DNA of 41,963 nt from a virus (IMGVR_UViG_2548876958_000014); one strand, 5' to 3'. Positions 1-9,392 are shown, counted from the stretch's first letter. Notes: generated from the sequence alone by a model not told the origin. Program-made: numbers and translations.

Positions 1-1719
1 ATGATTTTTAGGGATAGCTTGAGAGTATTACCTTATGGTCGAGTAGATAATGATTTCTTCCAGATAGAAGAAAGACGTTCATGGAATGCAGGGCGATATT
101 ATTGGTCTAATAGAAGGATTTTTGGTTATATTGGAATTACTCAATCCAGTAATAAAGAGCTGAAAGATAAGTCGGGGAGAGAGGGATTCATAAGAAACCA
201 GGCTGCAAGAGAACTGAAAACTATTATATCTAATTTGTTAACTGAACTTGCTGATAGATTTTTTGGTTCACGTTCTGATGACCGTAAAGAGCTTTTAGAA
301 CAAGTTAAGCGTGAAAAAGAGTTAAGAAAATCTGCTCAACAACAAGCTCGAAAATCAACACAAAAAAGTTTTTCAGAAGCTTTGAAGAATCAGACACCAG
401 TTCTTGATGCTTCCTTGGAGGCTGTTAAAAGGCTGAAAACTAAGCTTGATAAAACTGATGGTTCGTTAGATTTAAACTATCTTAAAATTATAGACAGTGA
501 TCTTACAAACTTAGATGCGTTGCGCAGTGAAATTAAAACGCCTATCAAACCTCCAAAACTTGGAATGTATGAAGAGAAATATAGAGACTACAGAGATAAA
601 TTTAATGAGTTCTCTGCGTATATTCTACAAATGAAGTTAGCAATTAATAAACTTGATTCTGAATTAAATAAACTTGAGCCTTCATTGTCAGCGAAAAATC
701 ACCTTGAAAAAAATCAAGGTATTATTAATTCTAAACTAACTAAGTTTAATAACACGATAGAGGAGAAGATACATTCTCTTTTAAAAAAATGGGCCGATGA
801 AATAAAGGTTGATCGAAGTGATTATTATGCTAAAACTATATCAGTTGTTGATTCAATAGATAATGATTCACAAATTGAAAATGTGTTTAATTTGCTCGAT
901 AGTTTATATGTTGAGTCAGTTGATACCCTAACTTTCAAATATCAATCAATAATAAAAGGTCTCGATAGATTATTTGAAGGTATAAACTTAGATTCAGCAT
1001 TCTCATTATCTGAAGAAGAACGCTCATATTTTGAAGAAAAAGCTAAAAGTTTAAACGCGCTTGCACAGTTAGGTATTAGTGTTGAGATAATATCTCATGA
1101 ACTTGAAGAAATGGATTCTATGGTAACCAGAGGACTAAACTCTCTTCCTACTTCTGTAAAAGAACACCCTGGTTTTTCATTGGCGTTAAATGCTCACAGA
1201 TCGCTTACTCAACAAATACGTTTCTTATCACCTTTGAAAATATCAGGTTATCAATCCAGGCAGAGAATAACTGGAAAAAATATCATGGATTATGTCCTGA
1301 AGTTCTTTGGGGAGCGTTTCGAACGGCAACGAATAACTATTGAATTTAGTGAAGAGTTTAAGCAAATCGCAATAACAGATATACCATCAAGGATCTATCC
1401 TGTTTTTACTAATATTATCAACAATGCAATGTATTGGGTCAGTCTGTCAAATAATAGGCTCATAAAGATTGGTTTTGTGAATTCTTTGGTTATCATAGCA
1501 AATTCTGGTCCGGCAATTGATACCGATGATATCCCGCGACTATTTGAACTATTTTATAGCAAAAGAGCAAATGGACATGGGGTAGGTCTGTATCTATGTC
1601 GAGAAAACCTTGCTGTTGCACATCATAAAATATGGTATTCAGAACCTGATGAAGGCGATAACTATTTAATAAAAGATGGCGCTAATTTTGTGATCCAGTT
1701 CAATGGAGTGGAGTTCTAA
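1..1719 (+). CDS. Histidine-kinase-like protein (DHp H-box plus HATPase_c/GHKL ATPase domain), 5' end truncated by window edge
   Basis: ORF open from base 1; H-box-like ISHELEEMDSM; C-terminal N-box-like NIINNAMYW, G1-like DTDDIP, G2-like GHGVGLYLCRE; coiled-coil-rich region before it; AT-rich codon usage. Confidence 0.55.
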   Translation: MIFRDSLRVLPYGRVDNDFFQIEERRSWNAGRYYWSNRRIFGYIGITQSSNKELKDKSGREGFIRNQAARELKTIISNLLTELADRFFGSRSDDRKELLEQVKREKELRKSAQQQARKSTQKSFSEALKNQTPVLDASLEAVKRLKTKLDKTDGSLDLNYLKIIDSDLTNLDALRSEIKTPIKPPKLGMYEEKYRDYRDKFNEFSAYILQMKLAINKLDSELNKLEPSLSAKNHLEKNQGIINSKLTKFNNTIEEKIHSLLKKWADEIKVDRSDYYAKTISVVDSIDNDSQIENVFNLLDSLYVESVDTLTFKYQSIIKGLDRLFEGINLDSAFSLSEEERSYFEEKAKSLNALAQLGISVEIISHELEEMDSMVTRGLNSLPTSVKEHPGFSLALNAHRSLTQQIRFLSPLKISGYQSRQRITGKNIMDYVLKFFGERFERQRITIEFSEEFKQIAITDIPSRIYPVFTNIINNAMYWVSLSNNRLIKIGFVNSLVIIANSGPAIDTDDIPRLFELFYSKRANGHGVGLYLCRENLAVAHHKIWYSEPDEGDNYLIKDGANFVIQFNGVEF

Positions 1720-1720
1720 T

Positions 1721-3469
1721 ATGACAGTGGCAAATTATAATTCTCTTGTCCAGAAAACTTTCTGCGAAAATGTAATTCGTTCCGTTGTCATGATTGATGA
1801 CGATTTTCTGACGTATTCTGAATCAATCAGGGCGTTGAATAACGAAGTTGATTTAGACTACAACAAAATTGACTCATCTAAACGAGCCGCTACTCTTGAG
1901 AGCTTTTTTCAATCTAAAAATATGATTTGTGATGTTGACAATGGTTCTGTTAATTTCGATGTGGATCGGATTAGAAAATCAGATCTTATTATTGTAGATT
2001 ATCATCTTGATAATAATGCACCTGATAAAACACTTAAACTATTACAAGATTTGAAAGACTCCGATCATTTAAATATGATTGTAATATATACTAGAGAGAA
2101 TTTAGAAACGGTTTGGATGCAGATATCATCGACTCTCAAAGGTGCTCTGGATATCAACAGCTTGATCATTGACTACGATAATGAAGATGTCCAAAGTTAT
2201 TGGGAAGACGTTGTATTACCGAACTTAAATGATAATGGTAATAAAGCTCTCACAAGAGATGAAACAATAGCCTATATTAAAGACAGTAAGCCTTGTAGAA
2301 GAATTAAAAGATTAATACATGATGATGCTGTGTTGGAGGATCAAAAGGATAAAAACTTCATTGCAAAAATGATTGCAGAATATGCTGTGTCTAGAAATGC
2401 AATTATTTCTAGCAACACATCTGGCAATGTCATTCGGGGTGATGAAAGCGGAGTAAAATGGATTCAATGTGGTAATATCTTTGTCTCCCTATTTCATAAG
2501 GTTCAAGATGATCATGAAAACGATGGAGATAGAATTTGGCAAACTCTCAATGATTCTCTCATTGAATGGAAACCATCTTATTATCAGTTAATAAAATCTG
2601 AAATTCAGAATGCAATCGAAGCTGAGGCTTTATCTTTTGTAAATCATTTGGCTAACGATCATTACGGTCAAGCTGCGTGGTTAAATGAGATATTAAAATC
2701 AGACTCGCCTGATATTAGATGTAGAAATATTGACTTTGTATTTGGTAATTTATCAGAAGAGCTTTATCAAAGACTTAAAAATAATAATACGCTGGATGAA
2801 TTTATCAAAAGTGTTTTTGATAGCTATTCAAATGAATACGCTAACAGCGGAGTTGCTGCATTGCTCCAATATTGCTCTTCAAAAATGGATCTGCCATCAA
2901 ATAATGATACTTATCACGAAATGTATCATGCTTTAAATATGAATTTGTCTTCAAAGAATTTTGAAGATGGTCATATTTCTACTGGCACTATTTTCTTTGA
3001 TACAGAGTCGAACAAATGGTATTTATGTGTATCTGCGGCATGTGATTTGGTTCCTACTCAGGGTAACGACCCTCACCATGTAAGATTAAGTCCGCACAGG
3101 CTCATTAAAGTTCTGGAGCTTTTTAACGCCAGTCAGAGTAAAGCATTGCCATTTGCTGAACATTCGAAATATATATATGTAATGCATAAAAATCAAAGAA
3201 AATATCTCTCTATTTTCGAAGGGGATAAAACGCTTCCTGTTGTTGATTATATGGTGGTGTTGAATCATGGAACAACAGTTGATGGCGAAGAAAAAAATAT
3301 TATTTCTGCCGTGTTTTTAAGTAATATGGATGGCAACGTGCAAAATGTTCCTGTCCGACTCAAACTTAAATCTCAACTGAGAACTGGTTATGCAGAAAGA
3401 TATCAGGCTATAGCGTCTCAGTATAGCTCAAGGATTGGTGTGGATTATGTATCAATGATGCTACCATAA
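1721..3469 (+). CDS. Receiver (REC)-like N-terminal domain protein with ~450-aa C-terminal domain of unknown function (possible effector)
   Basis: ATG at 1721 two bases after upstream stop (ORF track gives 1703); N-terminal VVMIDDD acidic pair, DLIIVDYHL candidate phospho-acceptor Asp, NMIVIYT beta4 Thr; rest unrecognised. Confidence 0.45.
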   Translation: MTVANYNSLVQKTFCENVIRSVVMIDDDFLTYSESIRALNNEVDLDYNKIDSSKRAATLESFFQSKNMICDVDNGSVNFDVDRIRKSDLIIVDYHLDNNAPDKTLKLLQDLKDSDHLNMIVIYTRENLETVWMQISSTLKGALDINSLIIDYDNEDVQSYWEDVVLPNLNDNGNKALTRDETIAYIKDSKPCRRIKRLIHDDAVLEDQKDKNFIAKMIAEYAVSRNAIISSNTSGNVIRGDESGVKWIQCGNIFVSLFHKVQDDHENDGDRIWQTLNDSLIEWKPSYYQLIKSEIQNAIEAEALSFVNHLANDHYGQAAWLNEILKSDSPDIRCRNIDFVFGNLSEELYQRLKNNNTLDEFIKSVFDSYSNEYANSGVAALLQYCSSKMDLPSNNDTYHEMYHALNMNLSSKNFEDGHISTGTIFFDTESNKWYLCVSAACDLVPTQGNDPHHVRLSPHRLIKVLELFNASQSKALPFAEHSKYIYVMHKNQRKYLSIFEGDKTLPVVDYMVVLNHGTTVDGEEKNIISAVFLSNMDGNVQNVPVRLKLKSQLRTGYAERYQAIASQYSSRIGVDYVSMMLP

Positions 3470-3540
3470 TTATTATATTTTAGGCGTGGTGATTTTTTTT
3501 TGCCATGCCTATTTTATATTTATCATCACAATGATGTTGT

Positions 3541-3957
3541 TTATTTTTGTTTAAGTCTTCTAAGCTTCATGCATTCTAATGAGAATAATAATAGAGTTGT
3601 GCTGTATATAAAGCCAGAGTTAGTTAATAACTTTAAATTTAATGCTTCAGGATTTTCACTGAGAAAGTGAAAGGCATAAACTAAGTATACAGCTAAAGTA
3701 GCCGTTCCAATTGTTGGTCCAATATCGCCTTGATCATGAGGTTCAAGGTTTACATTGAACTTGAAGATTAGCCATTCAAATCCCCAAGTAAAAAAAACAA
3801 CTAATATCATGGCTGCGAATAATTTCGCGATGTTATCTGCTGATGGATTCATCAGAACAGATTGTTTCTGAAAAAATTCACAAAGTGAGAGTCCGAAAAA
3901 AATAAAAAAAAGTGGTCTGGAACTAAATTTTTCAAAAACTTTGAATAGGGTTTCCAT
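3541..3957 (-). CDS. Small hydrophobic (probable inner-membrane) protein
   Basis: 138-aa ORF with several hydrophobic stretches (LFFIFFGLSLCEF, AAMILVVFFTWGFEWLIF, TATLAVYLVYAFHF); AT-rich; convergent with upstream gene. Confidence 0.4.
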   Translation of the reverse strand: METLFKVFEKFSSRPLFFIFFGLSLCEFFQKQSVLMNPSADNIAKLFAAMILVVFFTWGFEWLIFKFNVNLEPHDQGDIGPTIGTATLAVYLVYAFHFLSENPEALNLKLLTNSGFIYSTTLLLFSLECMKLRRLKQK

Positions 3958-3995
3958 TTTCTTTACCTTCAGGATTATATTAGCTATTCTGATAC

Positions 3996-5225
3996 TTAGG
4001 CTACCAGAGCATTTGATCTTTGAGCTTGAACGTAATCACTCCACCATTGCATCAAACTCTGTCGCTCTATCAGATATTCTGCACGATTGTATGCTGCGAT
4101 AATTTCATCTTTTTTCGAGTGGGCAAGCGCTGCCTCAAGAACTTCAGCTCTGAATTTACCAGACTCCTCTGCCGCTGTTCGTGCAATAGAACGCATACCG
4201 TGAGCTACAAGCTCGCCTCCGAACCCCATTCGGATGATAGCTGCGTTGGCTGTTTGTTCATGCATATGATTAAGAGGCGCTTTTATGCTGGGGAAAACCC
4301 ATTCTCTATGCCCACTTATTGATTTCATTAATTCAAGGATGCGCAAAGCTTCTTTACTCAAAGGAACTTTGTGAAGCTTTTTCATTTTCATGAAATCAGC
4401 AGGAATGTTCCAAATGCTGTTGGTTGTATCAATATCAGACCACCTTGCGCGAACGGCTTCACCCGGACGAACCCATGTCAACAATTGCCATTCAATTAGC
4501 ATACGTGTTTCCAACCGGATTGACGCATTCGTCAAAGATTCCATAAACCTTGGCAATTCGCTTGGGGGAAGGGCAGGCATATTTTGCTTTTTTGGTTTAC
4601 TGAATCTTTGACCAAGGTTGTCAGCCGGGTTGAACTCAATAAGTTCTTCAGTAGCTGCCCACCGGAAGATTTCATTCAGACGTGAAATGATACGGCGTAG
4701 AGTTTCCAATACGCCTCGTTGCTCAATAGGATCAAGGTGTTGTTTTAAGAGCTTAGGTCGGATCTCATTGATAGGGACATTACCCAGACCGGGAAAGACA
4801 TTTCTCTCTAAGCTGCGCCAGATGTCTGCTGCATGGTCTTGTGAGATACCTGATGTCTTTACCTTCTCATCTAACCATTTCCGCGCTACGGCTTGGAGAG
4901 TGTGCTCAGTAGCACTCTTTAATGCCTTCGCCTTATCGTTGTTATGGATTTGGGGATCAACACCATTTGCCAGAAAGGAGAGATATTCATCACGTAAGGC
5001 TCTGGCTCTTGCAAGGGTAAGGTGAGGATATGTCCCAAGGCTCATTTTGGTTCTTTTCTTGCTCACTGGTACTGCATACCTGAAATACCAATTTTTCTTG
5101 CCTCCTTTCGCCAAAGGAGCGATTCGTAGAATCAGACCATCACCGTCAAACAAGTTGATTTCTTTATCGGCTGGCTTGGTGCTTTTGATTTCAGTGTCAG
5201 TGAGCTTCTTAGCGATTTTTGCCAT
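3996..5225 (-). CDS. Tyrosine recombinase / integrase, P4-IntA type
   Basis: ORF 3996..5267; likely start MAKIAKKLTDTEIKS at 5225; N-terminal arm-binding region typical of P4/CP4-57 IntA-like integrases; C-terminal catalytic region with HxxR-like AHGMRSIARTAA and Tyr in AYNRAEY; 165 bp from ssrA 3' repeat. Confidence 0.85.
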   Translation of the reverse strand: MAKIAKKLTDTEIKSTKPADKEINLFDGDGLILRIAPLAKGGKKNWYFRYAVPVSKKRTKMSLGTYPHLTLARARALRDEYLSFLANGVDPQIHNNDKAKALKSATEHTLQAVARKWLDEKVKTSGISQDHAADIWRSLERNVFPGLGNVPINEIRPKLLKQHLDPIEQRGVLETLRRIISRLNEIFRWAATEELIEFNPADNLGQRFSKPKKQNMPALPPSELPRFMESLTNASIRLETRMLIEWQLLTWVRPGEAVRARWSDIDTTNSIWNIPADFMKMKKLHKVPLSKEALRILELMKSISGHREWVFPSIKAPLNHMHEQTANAAIIRMGFGGELVAHGMRSIARTAAEESGKFRAEVLEAALAHSKKDEIIAAYNRAEYLIERQSLMQWWSDYVQAQRSNALVA

Positions 5226-5388
5226 TTTGGGACCCTCGGTTTTTGGACCCTTCTGAGTGGGTCCCATTCAGGGTGCCATAACTCGTAGTTCTCAGCAATT
5301 CTCACTGGACGACAATAGACGTAAAAAAGCCCGCAGAGCTTGTGCTGTGTGGGCTTAGTAGACTTCATTGAACTTCAAACAACTAAAA

Positions 5389-5430
5389 AGTGGTGCTGGC
5401 GGGAGTTGAACCCGCGTCCGAAATTCCTAC
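5389..5430. repeat. Direct repeat of the ssrA 3' end (att core; junction between prophage and neighbouring island)
   Basis: 5394..5430 is identical to 40912..40948 (37 bp); preceding TGGTG also matches but the ssrA GAG is missing, so it is a non-functional 3' fragment of tmRNA. Confidence 0.85.
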
Positions 5431-5624
5431 ATACCATTTTTATTATGGTAAAAACAGTAGATTATGTTTGAAAACAATGTGTTAGTGTTATTTTGTATTT
5501 GCTCGTCTTACGCGTTTTTAATGCTCTGCCGCCAAAGTGCCGCCATTACATCAAGTATCTAGAATAAAATTAGTTAATAAATTACAATTAATATGTTAAT
5601 TGTTCTTGCATTCATAAGTGGGAC

Positions 5625-7361
5625 GTGATGAAAGAAAAAAAATTCGTTAGTGAGCTTTTCCTTGAAAATGGGCAGTTTATTTTAGTCGGTTTGACAGGTC
5701 GAACTGGTTCTGGTTGCACAACAACAGCTAATATTCTTGAAAACGAAAAAACAGTCTTCCCTGATGTAAGTAAATTACAGGGGTTTTACAAGGGATTGGA
5801 TGTCCATCGTTATAATATAGTTAAAAAATTCGCAGAAAATCACTGGGAAAATTTTTACTCAATTAAGGTGAGTGACCTAATCTCAGCGTATCTTCTGATG
5901 TTAACAGTTGAGGAAGCTTCTGAATTCATTCTATCATCTAATAAATCTATCAGTAAAGAGCATTTAGATATTGTATTAACTTTTGGTGTATTCTCAGATA
6001 ATCTCATTTTGACAAGATTTAAAAATGTAATTGAGAATTTGCTTGATCATAATAGTGAATTGAAGCTTGATGAAAAAACGATTAATAAATTTATATCAAT
6101 TTTGAAGTTAGTTAGAAAATTTACTAAAGAATTCAAAGCTGAACTAAATGAGATAAACTCAAATTTATATGTTTCAGCCTATCAGTTAGCAGGTAAGTCA
6201 ATTAGACGTCGTGGGCGTATTGAAGTCGATTTTGAAGATAAAGAGTTTATGCCTAAATCTGTTTTTCATTTGCCGGAAACTATTAATAGGGTTATTAAAT
6301 TAATAAGAAAAAGCAAAAGAGATAACGCATTAATTGTCATAGATGCTATTAGAAATCCATATGAGGCAAAATTTTTTAAGGATAGATATTCTGCATTTCA
6401 TTTAATGTCAATAAATGCCCCAGATGAACATCGAACAAACTATTTGCGGAAACTACATAAGTTTTCAGAAAAGCAGATAGAGGAAATAGATTCTGTAGAG
6501 TCAGGTAAAGGTGATAACTCTTACAAACATCTCACCAATCCAAATGTAACTAAATGTATTGAACTATCAGATATACACATTTTTAACCCAAAAAATGAAT
6601 TTGATAATGACAATATTTTAAAAGCACAATTAGCGTGGTACATCGCACTGATGAAGCATCCTGGTCTGATAACACCTACTGCAATGGAAAGGGTTATGCA
6701 AGTTGCGTATACGGTAAAATTAAACTCTGGCTGTATATCTAGACAGGTGGGAGCTGTAGTAACTGATGGTGATAATTCAATAAAATCAGTTGGTTGGAAT
6801 GATGTTGCCAACGGTCAGATTCCTTGCTCTATGAGATCTCTAGATGGCCTAATGAACGATTTTGATGAAAAAACGTACAGTCATTATGAGAGAAATAATA
6901 GTTCTTTCAGAATTAAAGCTAATGAGAAACTCTTAAATTTTAGGGCGATAGATAAAACTGGTGATATTTATAGAGGCAGGAACTTATCTTATTGTTTTAA
7001 AGATATACATAATGATCTTGATAAAGAGAAAAAAGGTAATCAAGTTCATACACGTGCATTACATGCTGAGGAAAACGCATTTTTGCAACTTGCAAAATAT
7101 GGTGGTATTGGCGTTCTGGGGGGGAAGTTGTATACAACTGCCAGTCCCTGTGAGTTGTGTGCGAAAAAAGCTTATCAGTTAGGTATATCTGAAATTGTAT
7201 TTATTGATCCCTACCCAGGTATAGCTCAAGACCATATTATTAATATAGGTAGTAAGCCACCAAAGTTAATACAATTTAGAGGCGCAATTGGGAAGTCATA
7301 TCACCGACTTTATGAGCAAATTATCCCGATAAAAGATGAGTTAGAATATCTCCTTGAGTAG
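5625..7361 (+). CDS. Fusion protein: N-terminal P-loop nucleotide-kinase-like domain + C-terminal cytidine/dCMP deaminase zinc-binding domain (resembles anti-phage dCTP deaminase architecture)
   Basis: N-terminal GLTGRTGSGCTTTANIL (CoaE/dNK-like P-loop with Cys where Lys is expected); C-terminal HAEENAF and SPCELCAKKA (H-A-E ... P-C-x-x-C deaminase zinc motifs); AT-rich; sits between att repeat and P2-type int. Confidence 0.6.
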   Translation: MMKEKKFVSELFLENGQFILVGLTGRTGSGCTTTANILENEKTVFPDVSKLQGFYKGLDVHRYNIVKKFAENHWENFYSIKVSDLISAYLLMLTVEEASEFILSSNKSISKEHLDIVLTFGVFSDNLILTRFKNVIENLLDHNSELKLDEKTINKFISILKLVRKFTKEFKAELNEINSNLYVSAYQLAGKSIRRRGRIEVDFEDKEFMPKSVFHLPETINRVIKLIRKSKRDNALIVIDAIRNPYEAKFFKDRYSAFHLMSINAPDEHRTNYLRKLHKFSEKQIEEIDSVESGKGDNSYKHLTNPNVTKCIELSDIHIFNPKNEFDNDNILKAQLAWYIALMKHPGLITPTAMERVMQVAYTVKLNSGCISRQVGAVVTDGDNSIKSVGWNDVANGQIPCSMRSLDGLMNDFDEKTYSHYERNNSSFRIKANEKLLNFRAIDKTGDIYRGRNLSYCFKDIHNDLDKEKKGNQVHTRALHAEENAFLQLAKYGGIGVLGGKLYTTASPCELCAKKAYQLGISEIVFIDPYPGIAQDHIINIGSKPPKLIQFRGAIGKSYHRLYEQIIPIKDELEYLLE

Positions 7362-7741
7362 AAATATTATACTCATCCTTCCTGAGGTAAGCTTCAAGAT
7401 GATCAATAAATATTGATCATCTTGAAAGTTAATTGCAGAGTCAAACTAGTAGTCAGACTGAAGCTTCGATAAAAAATGTTTTTGTTTTTTTCATTTTCTA
7501 ATGACTGTTTTTTATTGGTTTCTTTTTAATGTTGCAATGCTATGCTTTTCTACTATTTTTGAATGTGGCATCTTTGATGTTTTTATACAACAAAGATGAG
7601 GGCTTATAGGTTTTTTTGTGATGTAAAAATTATCTTATTCTATAAATAAAACCTAAACTCAGTCTGAAGAGTTAAATGAGAATGGATAACCTGCTGAATA
7701 TTATATTTGTAAATAGTTTGAGTTTGTTTTCATAAGTTACT

Positions 7742-8758
7742 CTATCTTAAGTTGCATAAAGGGTTTTTAGTTACCGCATCTTCAAGGTGATCGGGCGAAA
7801 AGTGGGCGTAAATCATCGTCATTTTTATATCGGCATGGCCCAGAATATCGCGCAGCACCAGTATGTTTCCGCCATTCATCATAAAATGGCTGGCGAATGT
7901 ATGACGTAGCACGTGAGTGCATTGGCCCTCTGGCAGCTCGATGCCAGCTCGCTTTACTGCTCGTTCAAAGGCTTTTCTGCACGGGGTGAATAGCTTCCCT
8001 CTGTTCTTGGGGAGTTCGTCATACAGATCTTGAGATATCGGCACGGTGCGGTTTTTCTTACCCTTCGTCTTGGTATAAGTGATGCGGTATTTAGATAACT
8101 GATGGCCCTGCAGGTTTTCAGCTTCACTCCAGCGTGCGCCGGTGGCCAGGCATATTTTTGCAATCAAAAGCAGACTGGGGTTTTGAGAATCAGCGCAGGC
8201 ATCTAGCAGACGTTTAATTTCTTCCGAGGTCAGGAACGCCAGTTCCCCCTCAGCGATTTTAAATGTTGGCAGCCCGGCGAGAGGATTTGGTGCTGACCAG
8301 TGGCCTAGTTTTTTCAATGTGCCGAAAACCGATGATAGGTTACGTTGCTCAAGATTCACCGTGCGTGGTTTTACTGGCGACATTAGTGTGCCGTCTTCGT
8401 TACGAACGTCACCTTTTAACCGTGCTTCGCGGTATTTCGTAAAGTCACCGGCTGTCAGTTCTGAGGCGATGGGGTCGCCTAGACCATTACAGATAATTCT
8501 AAGTTTCGCCATGAGGCGCTTGGGGTCTGCGAGTGTCTGACCATACAGGGAATACCAAAGCTCAATTAATTCTGATAGGCGTCGCCGATCATCCTTTTCA
8601 CCCAACCACGGTTTTTTATTCACTTCTTCCATTGTGAAGCTTTCAAAAGCAATGGCTTCGCCTTTCGTAGCAAATTGCTTACGCACGCGCTTACCATTGC
8701 GTCCATTGGGATAGCACTCACACAACCATTTTCCGTTCGGCTGTTTTCTGATGGTCAT
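7742..8758 (-). CDS. int: P2/186-type tyrosine integrase
   Basis: 338 aa, matching the ~337-aa P2/186 integrases; conserved stretches CLATGARWSEAE, KYRITYTKTKGKKNRTVPIS, VLRHTFASHFMMNGGNILVL, MTMIYAHF; followed by repressor gene in same orientation. Confidence 0.9.
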   Translation of the reverse strand: MTIRKQPNGKWLCECYPNGRNGKRVRKQFATKGEAIAFESFTMEEVNKKPWLGEKDDRRRLSELIELWYSLYGQTLADPKRLMAKLRIICNGLGDPIASELTAGDFTKYREARLKGDVRNEDGTLMSPVKPRTVNLEQRNLSSVFGTLKKLGHWSAPNPLAGLPTFKIAEGELAFLTSEEIKRLLDACADSQNPSLLLIAKICLATGARWSEAENLQGHQLSKYRITYTKTKGKKNRTVPISQDLYDELPKNRGKLFTPCRKAFERAVKRAGIELPEGQCTHVLRHTFASHFMMNGGNILVLRDILGHADIKMTMIYAHFSPDHLEDAVTKNPLCNLR

Positions 8759-8759
8759 A

Positions 8760-9392
8760 TCAAAGGCTCTTAATGATTTTCAGTGCGCGGCCTACTACCT
8801 CAATGTCATCTAGGCCACACTCAAACGATGAATCATCCTGATGCACTACTAATTTGTTTCCCGGAAGTCGAGTCAATTTAACAATGCTTTTTATCCCGTC
8901 AATATCGACTAACCACATACCATTTACTGGTGGTGTTTGGTTGCGATCTATTAAATAAGAATCACCAGAAGTAGTCACCAGCAGTAGGTTGCTTGAGTCT
9001 GAGGGGAGTATGCTGCTATCAATGATTGCTTTTCCAGCATCGACCAATAAACCACCTTTGAGAGTCGCCTTGTCAATTTCAGGAGATACTAGTTCAGAAA
9101 GAGGTACAACCTTGCTGGAGTTCACGGAGTTGATATTTTTTTTAGGTTCAATGTTTGGACCTGGCTCCCCCTGTCCGGTGGTTAGCCACAGTAAAGAAAC
9201 TCCTGTTTCCAAGGCGCACTGAATCACCCACTCTGCAGGAAAACTATCTCTTAAGTATCTGTTTGCCATGGTGCTTTTTGATGCGCCTAAGTGATCGCAA
9301 AGTTGCTGTCTGGACTTGAAATCATAGGCTGCCATTAGTCTATGGATAGCCTCTCTTCCCCCTGTATTCTCTCCAACCTTTATCTGTATCAT
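8760..9392 (-). CDS. cI: Phage CI-type immunity repressor (186-like)
   Basis: Sits between int and a divergent early operon; N-terminal HTH-like region (SRQQLCDHLGASKSTMANRYLR) and C-terminal domain as in 186 CI; start may be internal. Confidence 0.7.
   Translation of the reverse strand: MIQIKVGENTGGREAIHRLMAAYDFKSRQQLCDHLGASKSTMANRYLRDSFPAEWVIQCALETGVSLLWLTTGQGEPGPNIEPKKNINSVNSSKVVPLSELVSPEIDKATLKGGLLVDAGKAIIDSSILPSDSSNLLLVTTSGDSYLIDRNQTPPVNGMWLVDIDGIKSIVKLTRLPGNKLVVHQDDSSFECGLDDIEVVGRALKIIKSL

Larger units (their letters stand above)
1..5388. mobile_element. Partial integrated island (runs off the left window edge) with IntA/P4-type integrase adjacent to an ssrA 3' end remnant; AT-rich cargo
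   Basis: Integrase gene 3996..5225 reads away from the ssrA-derived repeat at 5389..5430; cargo genes 1..3957 are visibly AT-rich; left boundary not in window. Confidence 0.6.

Noticed and set aside
1703-1720. Alternative start (ATG 1703) for the receiver-domain gene, overlapping the upstream gene
   Set aside because: ATG at 1721 follows a GGAGTGGAG Shine-Dalgarno-like sequence at appropriate spacing and avoids overlap; 1703 cannot be excluded but is less likely.
3470-3540. Possible terminator hairpin between the convergent gene ends
   Set aside because: Stem (AGGCGTGG / CCATGCCT) is imperfect and interrupted by a long T run; too weak to call.
4020-5256. Plus-strand ORFs inside the IntA-type integrase gene (4020..4322, 4390..4611, 4618..5025, 5047..5256)
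   Set aside because: All embedded in the integrase coding region on the opposite strand without translation signals.
5389-5430. Possible tRNA gene at the island junction
   Set aside because: The segment is only the last ~42 nt of tmRNA (acceptor/T-arm-like part) without the rest of the structure; it is an att remnant, not a functional RNA gene.
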